Positions 53,543 to 64,000 of a stretch of 64,000 nt of DNA are shown piece by piece (the stretch's first letter is position 1; each line of letters opens with the position of its first letter). A model generated the notes under the pieces. The model did not search any database, was not told the DNA's origin, and was given only the letters and a program-made list of their open reading frames with translations. Source of the stretch: Eledone cirrhosa. Taxonomy: Eukaryota. A program made the position numbers and the translations under genes. The stretch is taken from contig OZ024744.1 in NCBI GenBank assembly GCA_964016885.1, forward strand, positions 100,378,001-100,442,000. Reading direction: 5' to 3'.

Positions 53543-53890
53543 CCACATGGCTTAGTGGTTAGAGCATTGGCCTTGCAATCGAAAGGTTGTGAGTTCAATT
53601 CTCAGACCAGGTGATATGTTGTTTCCTTGAGCAAGACACTTTATTTCACATTGCTCCAGTTTACTCAGCTGTAGAAATGAGATGATAGGGACTGGGTCCC
53701 TATCATTTCACTGTAAAGTGGACGTGTAGGCGCCACGGAAAAAAAGCATCCAGCACTCACTGTAAATGAGGTTGGTGTTAGGAAGGGCATCCAGCTGTAG
53801 AAATCAAGCCAGAATCAGTTCCTGTCCCACCCTTGCAAGCAGGGAAAAGCGGACGTAAAATGATGATGATGATGATCATCATGATGATGA
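53543..53890 (+). mobile_element. SINE family A copy
   Basis: Matches 29411-29760. Confidence 0.85.
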
Positions 53891-54340
53891 TATATTTATC
53901 GTTATCGTTTATCGTTTTCGGTGCACCCGGCCGATTAACCCACTCGATATGCAAATTGGGCTACTCAGCCGTTAATATGCATAAGGTAAGTATATACATT
54001 CAACAATCAGGCAGGAAGGTATACGTTGCTGACGATAGCTAATAAGCTTGAATCTAGTACAGCATTCCTTTGTCAGTGTTGAACAAATGAGCAACGATGG
54101 TTGCTAGACACTGTACGGCTTAATTTGGGATGTTTCTTTACAAACACACCGAGCATTATAATAAATGTTCGGTGAATCCATACGTACATATATATATATG
54201 TGTGCATGTATGTATATATATATATACATACTACTGTACGTCTGTATACATATATGTATGTACGTGTACATACTTATATTTAAGTAACAGTGAGAAATGT
54301 TAATTAAGAGTGAGAAATAAAATTTTGTTTCATTTTTTCC

Positions 54341-54417
<77 letters not shown>

Positions 54418-54627
54418 ATTTATATATTTATATATATATATATATATATTTAATTAGAAAGTAAACAACACAATATATAACTAATCCATTACCAAAGGTT
54501 TCAGGACCCTAGACAATATTAATATATGTCTAGATCGTTCATCAGACAGAGATGTTATCATAACTTCTCTACCAACATCACCACCACCATTAATACTACC
54601 ACAATAAACAATAACAGTACAGATTAG

Positions 54628-55350
54628 AATACTACCAACACCACCACCACCACCACCACCACAACCACCACCACTACCACTACTACCACCACTACCGACA
54701 CCAACACTACCAACACTACCATCACAACCACCACTCCGACCACCACCCACCACCCACCACCACCACCACCACTACAATCATCACCACAACCAACACCACC
54801 AGCGACATCACCACTACCAACACTACCACCCCAACCACCATCACCACCACTACAATCATCACCACAACCAACACCACCAGCGACATCACCACTACCAACA
54901 CTACCACCCCAACCACCACCACCACCACTACAATCATCACCACAACCAACACCACCAGCGACATCACCACTACCAACACTACCACCCCAACCACCATCAC
55001 CACCACTACAATCATCACCACAACCAACACCACCAGCGACATCACCACTACCAACACTACCAACACAACCACCACCCCAACCACCAGCACCAGCACCACC
55101 ACCACAACCAACACCACCAGTGACATCACCACTACCTCCACAACCGTCACCACCACTACCATCATCACCACAACCAACACCACCAGCGACATCACCACTA
55201 CCTCCACTACCAACACTACCATCACCACCATCACAACCCCCATCATCACCACGACTATCGCTACCCCCATCCCCCCCACACACACCCACATCCACTACAG
55301 TCACCCCACCAACCCCCACAACCACCACCATGACCACCACAACCTCCACA
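54628..55350. repeat. CCA/ACC-rich low-complexity repeat with ~81-bp internal units
   Basis: CCAGCGACATCACCACTACC recurs at ~81-bp spacing. Confidence 0.85.
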
Positions 55351-55351
55351 G

Positions 55352-56213
55352 CTTAGAACACACTTTGTTAAAATTTTATTGTATTGTATCAGATGAAAGA
55401 ATGGTATTTAACTAATGTAATGGTACGCGATGGGGCCCACCCACAGCCCCGGCGGACAGAATGGAGAAGGCGTTTCCTCGGACGACAGCAAGGGAGACGC
55501 GCTGGAAAAGCCACTCCAACTCGCGGGCGTCACACCTACGGCTGGTCAGCTCAGCGCCTATGGTGGTGAGTAAGGAGGTAGCTCTGGGGCCGAGGACACC
55601 AGAAGTCTCCACTGCCAGGGGTACGACCGCAAACCTGTCGGAGAGCGACCGGTATTTGAGGAGTTTGGCCCCCTCAGCCCGACGTGCAGCAGAACCTGGG
55701 TCAGTCGCAGACTGCACCAGGTTGCGGCTGCAGAAAGTGTCGGTGCAAGTGGCATCCCAGACGAGGGGTTTGCCACCGCGGAACGGGAAGATGGTCATGC
55801 CATCTGGCCTTTTGCCGTCCCCTCGATCCAGCCCCACCGGCTCGAGTTGGGAAGGGAAGCCTGCAGCGTCCAAGCCATGCTTAATGACCTCGTTGAGGGC
55901 AGCATGGCGTGGAATGCGGCCGGCACTGTGGAGACAGGAAAGCGGGTGGAGGCCGAAAGAGTCGACGGTGGAACCGCAGCGACATTGGTGTGGCTGGCAG
56001 ATCCGGAGGCCGAGCCTCAGGGAAACGCCGATGCACAGGCTATGGTTGTCTAGCTGCGTGCCAGTGGAGAAGGAGGGCAGGGCATGGAGCCAGGCACCAC
56101 TGTGGGGTTTGGAGGTCGCACGAAAGCAGGCAAGGCGGTGCTGTTCGAGCTCGTGCGTGAGCCTGTCTGAGACCAGGCTGCACTGGATGGCATCCCAAGT
56201 GCGTTGGGGGGCT
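55352..56213 (-). mobile_element. 5'-truncated CRE-like non-LTR retrotransposon (zinc knuckle + restriction-like endonuclease)
   Basis: ORF 55412-56224: SGAWLHALP..LRLG..CRCG...HPLSC...RHAALN..EP.GL...KRPDG...WDAT...LAVETSG.LG; GC-rich. Confidence 0.82.
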
Positions 56214-56914
56214 TGAAAAAACAAAAACTAAAAAAACTCGCTGACAAATTAATTAAGAGGATTAATTGATTATTAAATCTTGATTATAAATTAATATAAA
56301 TTATTTCTTTTTAATACAAATACAATAATTAGCTGACTTAATTTTAATAAATAGAGCAAATTTTTAAATGAAGCATTTTTGAGGTATGACATTTCTTTAA
56401 TCTCTCGTGTAAGTATATTTGACTAACAACAATAAACACACACATACATATACATACACACACACACTGATTGATACATACATACACACATACATATACA
56501 TACATACATACATACATATACATACATATACATACATACATATACATACATATACATACATACACACATACATACACATACATACATTACATACATACAC
56601 ATATACATATACATACATACACATACATACATACATACACACACATACATACATACATACATACACACACATACATACATACACAGATTGATGCATACAA
56701 GCACATAACGTCCATCATCCACGCTAGCATGGGTTGGACGGTTTTGTCCCACTTGAGGCGTGATTGGTTGGGAGACCGTGTCTTACTCAAACAGTTCTGT
56801 ACGAGCGAGACAATGGTCTCCAGACCAATCTTGCCTAGAGTGTGACAAAACCGTCCAACCCATGCTAGCGTGGAAGATGGATGTTAAATGATGATGATGA
56901 TGATGATGATGATG

Positions 56915-58180
56915 TACTCACACCTACCTACATACATGAGGATTGCAGCGTCTTCACAGGCGATTGCCGTCTCTTACTGATTCTTCATTGTCATCTTATC
57001 CCCGTCCATGACTTCGTAGATGACTTTGTAGGCCAGCTGTAGACCTGCTGCATGGTTAACGACACAGGTGACAGAATAGACTTGTGCTTTCCACAGGACT
57101 GGTGGTGTCACCCTGTAGGACACAATCTCTATGTACCCCCATGGACTGGTGGTGTCACCCTGTAGGACACAATCTCTATGTACCCCCATGGACTGGTGGT
57201 GTCACCCTGTAGGACACAATCTCTATGTACCCCCATGGACTGGTGGTGTCACCCTGTAGGACACAATCTCTATGTACCCCCATGTGTCTTTTTAGTCTGG
57301 AACTAGAATTAGTTCTACACACTTTGTAGCATATCACACACGTTGTTTCACCAGGTCTTTGTTGAGTGGTGTTGTGGGTAGTTACCCTTTCATGTGACTC
57401 CAGGTGATTAACATAACCAGCCATTGAGAGGAGTACACACTGGTAGAAATTACATGTCTAGCTACTGATGACTTCAGGTGATTAACATAACCAGCCATTG
57501 AGAGGAGTACACACTGGTAGAAATTACATGTCTAGCTACTGATGACTTCAGGTGATTAACATAACCAGCCTTTGAGAGGAGTACACACTGGTAGAAATTA
57601 CATGTCCAGCTACTGATGACTTCAGGTGATTAACATAACCAGCCTTTGAGAGGAGTACACACTGGTAGAAATTACATGTCCAGCTACTGATGACTTCAGG
57701 TGATTAACATAACCAGCCTTTGAGAGGAGTACACACTGGTAGAAATTACATGTCCAGCTACTGATGACTTCAGGTGATTAACATAGCCAGCCTTTGAGAG
57801 GAGTACACACTGGTAGAAATTACATGTCCAGCTACTGATGACTTCAGGTGATTAACATAACCAGCCTTTGAGAGGAGTACACACTGGTAGAAATTACATG
57901 TCCAGCTACTGATGACTTCAGGTGATTAACATAGCCAGCCTTTGAGAGGAGTACACACTGGTAGAAATTACATGTCCAGCTACTGATGACTTCAGGTGAT
58001 TAACATAACCAGCTTTTGAGAGGAGTACACACTGACAGAAATTACATGTCCAGCTACTGATGACTTCATCAACACTGTGAGCACATCCCTTCTGGAGCTG
58101 ACACTTTAGTTGTTTATGTTCTAGAGGACATTCCTCAAAAGTTTTGCAACTGCCCTTTATGCACTTTCTCCACTCAGCCC
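56915..58180 (-). mobile_element. LINE 3' fragment with C2H2-like zinc fingers, carrying 47-bp x4 (57096-57283) and 74-bp x9 (57401-58066) arrays
   Basis: Peptides RAEWRKCI...CNFCQCVLLSKAGYVNHLKS and CVICYKVC...RLKRHMGVH, resembling RTE/BovB-type C-termini; repeat periods read directly. Confidence 0.65.
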
Positions 58181-58924
58181 TACACACACACACACACACA
58201 CATACACACACACACACACATACACATATGAATGATGATGATGACTGCAACTCAATTTCAAGTAATGCCATCACTTGATACTTAAGCATGAGCATTATGG
58301 ACGTGGCTTCCTAGTCCTGCTAGTGACTTGCCTATGGTCGGTAATGCCATGCATCGCAAAAAGTGTCACATATCAAGCAATTCCTATGCTTGAAGCTTTT
58401 TTTTTTATCTACTAGAGAGATGTCTTAATGAAGACTAGGGGTCTCTCACTCCATTTCCCTTGCCCCCCACCCTCCCCCCAATACTTTACTAGATGACCAT
58501 TGACTCTCCTGAGTTCCTCTGCCCTTTCACAGGTTTTGTTTTTTCATCCCGCAGGGCGTCCAAAATCACCCTCCTCGCCAAGTAAGTTTGGTGGGGTTGC
58601 TGATTTAGTCACCGACAACCCGACCATGCACAGGCTGTACTGGGTTACATGTTACCAGTAGCACTTAAGAGCAGCCTGACATAACATACACACACACAAT
58701 ACATACATATGATGATGGTGATGTAGTCACATGTAGATACAAACAACTTCTAAACCCTTCCACTTGCAATTCGGTATGACTTGGTAGCATGTAGTGTGCT
58801 TTCACTGAGAGTTTTAGGTGTCCATGTAGCTGCTGTGACCAGACAGACACAAACACCATCTCAACCCTCCCTCCCTTCCTTCTCTTGATCCAGCAGAACA
58901 TTATTTGATAGTTGGAAGGAGCGC

Positions 58925-59115
58925 TTGACTGAGCTGGGCTGAGCTGAGCTTGACTGAGATGAGCTAGGCTGAACTGAGCTTGACTGAGCTGGGCTGAGCT
59001 GAGCTTGACTGAGATGAGCTAGGCTGAACTGAGCTTGACTGAGCTGGGGGGGGGGGGGGGGGGGGGGGGCTTGACTGAGCCGCACTGAGCTAAGCTGAGT
59101 TAGGCCGAGCTGGGC
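58925..59115. repeat. Pentamer repeat (GAGCT/GGGCT/TGACT) with a poly-G run
   Basis: Direct reading. Confidence 0.85.
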
Positions 59116-59470
59116 TGGTACTTTCTTCATTACCCCCCCCCCCCCCCTAAAAAAAAAAAGGCAAAGTGAACCTTGGTGGAGTTTGAACACAGAATAGAGA
59201 GACCCAGAATAAATATCTAACACTCTAATGACTGTACCAAATCAACCAGCTTTTCTAAACCTATATTGTGGCATACTTTAAACACAACAACAAACTATTT
59301 ATTTAACACCTTGAACTTGGAATGTCTACAACAAGTATCATAGCAATACACTAAATCACCAATTCAGCTGACATTCTTATCATTGTCATGACAAAGCATA
59401 ATAATAATACAAACAACAACTTTATATTTAGTAAAGTAGACAATAGGGGAAATAAATAAAAGATACTCAC

Positions 59471-59596
59471 TGGGTTTAAGGCAAACAGACATCCCTCTAG
59501 AGTAGACACAAATACAATATGAGGGTCAAGAGATATAGTTGGTGAGGAAAATATACTCCCACTTTGTAAGTTTCGTTTCAAAACACAGACTTGCTT
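59471..59596 (-). CDS. AASDH: AASDH internal exon (third from last)
   Basis: TACTAATTTCAG acceptor, GTGAGT donor, 126 nt phase 0-0: KQVCVLKRNLQSGSIFSSPTISLDPHIVFVSTLEGCLFALNP, resembling AASDH KKCVWKSKCGGTVFSSPCLNLIPHHLYFATLGGLLLAVNP. Confidence 0.88.
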
Positions 59597-59634
59597 CTGA
59601 AATTAGTACAAAATTTGGTGAAAATAAACATTAA

Positions 59635-60044
59635 CCCTTTAGCATTTAAACCGGCTATATCTGGTCACTCATACTGATGTTAAAGTATTGTTCTCAAAAT
59701 AAATAACATCAAAATCTCATGAGAAAGAAAGGAAGGAACGATCGACTTTCGTCAAATCGGACCGAGGAAGCAATGTTTCCATTAGTCTTTCCAATTGCTA
59801 ATACTATCTATCGGTCGCAACTCCAGGTAGAAGAAGCAACGTAAAATAAAGTGTCTTGTTCAAGGACATACTGCATCGCCTGGTTCGGGAATCAAACTCA
59901 CAACCTCACGATTACGAATCCAATTATCTTACCAGTCAGCCACACGCCTCCATAAATTCGATATTATATCAGATGATTATGTGAGGTAAAGCCTTCACCA
60001 CAAAAATACAATAGTAAATATAGAGTAATGTAAATGCTAAAGGG
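59635..60044. mobile_element. piggyBac-like MITE with nested SINE remnant
   Basis: TTAA-CCCTTTAGCATTTA ... TAAATGCTAAAGGG-TTAA (TTAA TSD, 14-bp perfect TIR). Confidence 0.85.
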
Positions 60045-60547
60045 TTAAGTTAACAGCTTTAGCTGATAACTAACTCCTTTCGCAAAGATATTTCTCGAGA
60101 AATATGTTTGATTTGTTTCAATCTTTCAAAAGAAACAACTAAGAATTTGGAAGGTTTTATTCGTGAAATAACTTTTTCATTAAGTTGGTGATAAGAATAT
60201 GAGAGAGAGAGAGAGGGGGAGCAAGACGGAGTGAGGGGGATGAGAGGGGAGAGAGAATGAAAAAGTGATATATGTATATATATATATATATATATAATCA
60301 TCATCATCATTTAATGTCCATTTTCCAAGCTTGCATGGGTTCAATGGGTTGTCACATTATGAGATAATATAGGTCAGGAGAGCACGTCTTGCTCACACAA
60401 ATCTCTGTGTGTGTGTGTGTGTATATATATATATTTATATATATATATATATGCAGGATAAATGTAGGCAAAAGGCCAAGGAAAACAATGCTCAATCTAT
60501 TCCAAGAGAGCTTATTTAGTATATTTAAAATTTCATTTTATATATAT

Positions 60548-61160
60548 ACTAGCAGAATGGCCCGACTTTGCTCGGGATTTGCTCTAGGGTTCTTATATAT
60601 TTTATATATATTTATCTTTATCGAGCCTCGGGAAATAAATGTTTGTTTATATCTTGTTATTGTGTATAGAAAAATATCTGTACACGAATATATAATTATA
60701 TATATATATATATATTAAAATCACAGATTAAAGTTTAAGCAAAGAATCGCTGCTTTCACCCTTAACGGGATCTTCTGAAACTAAAAAAATCAATCTGTGA
60801 ATGCAGAAGTAAATATTTCGAAAAATGTTACACACTATATATATATATACACACACTATATATACATATATACACACAAACACACAGCATCATAATGTCG
60901 TAATGCAGACAGCTAGACATACAGACAGATATTATAAGGGTGAAACGTTATATCTATGTATCTATCTAAAAAGAAAGAGAAAGAAAGATAGAGAGAGATC
61001 GCTAAATCGCCTAATGCGGTCCCTAGGGCGTTGAAAATTTGAAATATTTTTCTCTCAAAACACTCACAGGACCATAAGTATTACACGTTTGAAAATAATC
61101 GGTTGGGTGCTTCTCGAGTTTTAGGGAGTCAGACAGACATTCCTGTTTTAGATATATATA
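60548..61160 (+). mobile_element. Possible Helitron/Helentron-like non-autonomous element with nested sequence
   Basis: Start ACTAGCAGAATGG plus CCCGACTTTGCTCGGG hairpin; end AATCGGTTGGGTGCTTCTCGAG...CAGACAGAC...; resemblance from recall only. Confidence 0.4.
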
Positions 61161-61167
61161 TATATAT

Positions 61168-62966
61168 AACGAAGGAAATGTGGTAAGGAACCAGGTGGAC
61201 CATAACGCACCAAAGTACTCAATACTTAGGGTAGTAGAGTGGGTAATAGGAAAATAGTCAGGACCCCGACGGCAGAGCTCAAGCCGTTTCGACGGCTAAT
61301 TCTGGACTAAATGAAAATTTTTATCCTGGTATATGAATAGCCGAGCTTCTCAGGGAGTAATTCCATATATGGTAAAAGTGATTGTCACAAGGATTGGTCA
61401 GAAGTTTGTTGTTGAGACACATAATTCTATCATGGCAATTTGTGGAAGGAAGGGGTAGCTGAACCTGCCAGTAGAAGAGGGAGAGGGGGTGGAGGAAACG
61501 CAGTCGCGCGTTGATAGTGCCAACTACAGCAGGGCAGGAGGTCAAGGAAGTATACTAGGGAGGGGGAGGGGGAGGAAGTCGAAACAATAAGTAAAACAAT
61601 ATGGGGTAAATATATAGAAAAATACCGAGAATGTTAAAAATCAATTAAATATAAAAAAAACAATTTCTGGTTACTATAACCTAAGGACAGCTATCAAGTC
61701 TCTCACTGGTACTGCTAGGCTAAAGAAAGGTTTACTAGGTGGGACGGAATTATAATGAGACCCTTTTAAGAGGTATTAGTAATCAACTGAGTATATATTA
61801 CGGTGACGGGTCAACATACTAAAGAAACTACCATGAAATAATAATTCAGACTAATACGAAATAACTGTTTCCACCCTAGGCACAAGGCCAGCAACCACCC
61901 AGTGCAAAAAATAAACTAATATGAAATAATAATTCAGAATCCCGAAAATGAATACTAATACTATCTCTAAGGGTGCCACCACGATACAAAAATTCTAGTG
62001 CAAACTACATAAATGCTCGTACGAAGTATATGAAAAATTTGATACGGAAAATTAATTCAGAATCCCCCCCATCAAAAAAAAATACTGATATACGAGAAAT
62101 TAAAGCAAAGATACCACTAAGAAATGTGTGTGTGTGGGGGGGGGGGGGGCTGAATTTTTCATATACTTCATACGAGCATTTAGGTAGTTTACACTAGAAT
62201 TTTTGTATCGTAGCGGCACTCTTAGAGATAGTATTAGTATTCTTTTTCGGGATTCTGAATTATTATTTCGTATTAGTTTATTTTTTGCACTGGGTGGTTG
62301 CTGGCCTTGTGGCTAGGGTGGAAACAGTTATTTTGTATTAGTCTCGGGACTTTGAATTATTATTTTGTGGTAGTTTCTTTAGTATTTTGGCCCCCCACTT
62401 GTTGACCCGTCACCGTAATATATACTCGGTTGATTACTAATACCTCTTAAAAGGGTCTCATTATAGTTCTGTCCCACCTAGTAAACCTTTCTTTAGCCTA
62501 GCAGTACCAGTGAGAGACTTGATAGCTGTCCTTAGGTTATAGTAACCAGAAAATGTTTTTTTTATATTTAATTGATTTTTAACATTCTCGGTATTTTTCT
62601 ATATATTTACCCCATATTGTTTTACTTATTGTTTCAACTTCCTCCCCCCCCTCCCTAGAATACTTCCTTGACCTCCTGCCCTGCTGTAGTTGGCACTATC
62701 AACGCACGACTGGGTTTCCTCCACCCACTCTCCCTCTTTCTTCTACTGGCAGGTTCAGCTACCCCTTCCTTCCACAAATTGCCATGATAGAATTATGTGT
62801 CTCAACAACAAACTTCTGACCAATCCTTGTGACAATCACTTTTACCATATATGGAATTACCCCGAGAAGCTCGGCTATTCATATACCAGGATAAAAATGT
62901 TCATTTAGTCCAGAATTAGCCGTCGAAACGGCTTGAGCTCAGCCGTCGGGGTCCTACTCGTTCCTA
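61168..62966. mobile_element. 1.7-kb foldback (arms ~61260-62040 / ~62152-62956) with terminal hammerhead-like motif and a unique ~90-nt tail; Penelope-like remnant
   Basis: AGGACCCCGACGGC...GAAGTATATGAAAAATT versus AATTTTTCATATACTTC...GCCGTCGGGGTCCT; identical peptides in ORFs 61321(-) and 62690(+). Confidence 0.85.
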
Positions 62967-63052
62967 TATATATATATATATATATTAGAAAGCGAGGTTT
63001 TTTTACAAAATGAAAAATAACCAAGGTGTCCTACACGAGTGAAAGTATAAAG

Positions 63053-63255
63053 AAAAAAAGATGAAATCAAAAATGCAACTGGAGTCTTATTTAAAAAAGT
63101 GGTTTTTCTCACATTGTGAGAAAGACCACAGACCCTCCATCTCAACTCTACTTTTGAAAAACAGAAGAACTGCGAAACCGGTAAAGGGACCAAATAAATA
63201 TATATATTTTTTTTAAAATAAGACTCCAGTCGCATTTTTGATTTCATCTTTTTTA
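63053..63255. repeat. Short TA-flanked foldback
   Basis: AAAAAAGATGAAATCAAAAATGCAACTGGAGTCTTATTT versus AAATAAGACTCCAGTCGCATTTTTGATTTCATCTTTTTT. Confidence 0.75.
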
Positions 63256-63266
63256 TATATATATAT

Positions 63267-63317
<51 letters not shown>

Positions 63318-63847
63318 TATATCATCATCGTCATCATCTATGAATGTCTATCTTCCATACTAGCATGGGTTAGACGAGTTTGTCCCAACTAGAGGTAAGT
63401 TGGGTCGGATGACCATGTCTCGCTCATATAGGAGTGTTTCTGACTGGTTATCTACGGCTGGATGCCCTTCCTAACGCCAAACACATTTACAGTGTGTGCT
63501 GGGTACCTTTTGTCATGACACCTACATGATCCCTTTACAATGTGGGCTGGATGTTCTTTACAGTGTGGACTGGGCACCTTTGTTGTGTCACCGACATCGA
63601 AAAAAGATGTGGAGAGGGTAGTAGGGGAGGTATGGTTACCGCTAAGGGAGGTGAATGAGAGGGGATAGAAGGTTGAGGAAGTTGTTGGCTACTAGGTTTA
63701 AGCCTCATCCTGAGAACAATAGAGGGCAGGTCGTCTGTAAAACTGTATAGCGCCAGAGGTCGCAGTCCTGAGTCATTGCCTTTGAGAGGTGTAATTGTGC
63801 AAGGTCAGCTTTTATTACCTCATCCCTATATATATATATATATATAT

Positions 63848-64000
63848 CATCATCATCATCATCATCATTTTACATCCGCTCTTCTCTGCTTGCAAGGGTG
63901 GGACGGGTCTTATTCAGCACAGCATCTCTCCACTTGTCACGGTCCTTCGTCATCTCCACCGTGAGCTTCAGCGATCTGAGGTCTGTTCTCACCACCTCCG
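63848..64000 (-). mobile_element. 3' end of an RTE LINE of the 21279 family, runs off the window
   Basis: Near-identical to 21279-21432. Confidence 0.9.

Noticed and set aside
58925-59115. GAGCT/GGGCT pentamers resembling immunoglobulin switch-mu repeats
   Set aside because: Under 200 bp, no Ig locus, invertebrate-like context; a simple pentanucleotide repeat explains it
63170-63195. GAAACCGGTAAAGGG (and GAAATATGTATAATAAAA at ~53463) resembling ribozyme 3' halves
   Set aside because: Matching CUGANGA and stem I 5' strand not found

Overview
AT-rich, microsatellite-dense animal genomic DNA; the SINE/LINE content suggests a cephalopod (Octopus-like), which is an inference. The only host gene is the 3' end of an AASDH/ACSF4 (beta-alanine-activating enzyme) orthologue on the minus strand: three in-frame GT-AG exons (59596-59471, 26025-25894, 17802-17287) encoding the PQQ-like beta-propeller, separated by 33.4 kb and 8.1 kb introns. 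The rest is repeats: a 13.5 kb ~98-bp satellite; a 60-bp ACC/ACT minisatellite interrupted by an apparently intact full-length RTE LINE (APE + RT + PHD-type finger) with 36 near-identical 98-bp monomers at its 5' end; other RTE, CR1/L2-like and CRE-like LINE fragments; a DD37D (maT) mariner remnant; MITEs; and two tRNA-SINE families. The most striking unannotated signal is about a dozen sequence-unrelated, (TA)n-embedded foldback or short elements. About ten carry a recognisable type I hammerhead ribozyme fold (some with core variants), and several share a TTGAGT motif about 50-60 nt from their 3' end. They look like many distinct families of Penelope-like/retrozyme-type remnants targeting TA microsatellites. 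All folds were read by eye, not computed.
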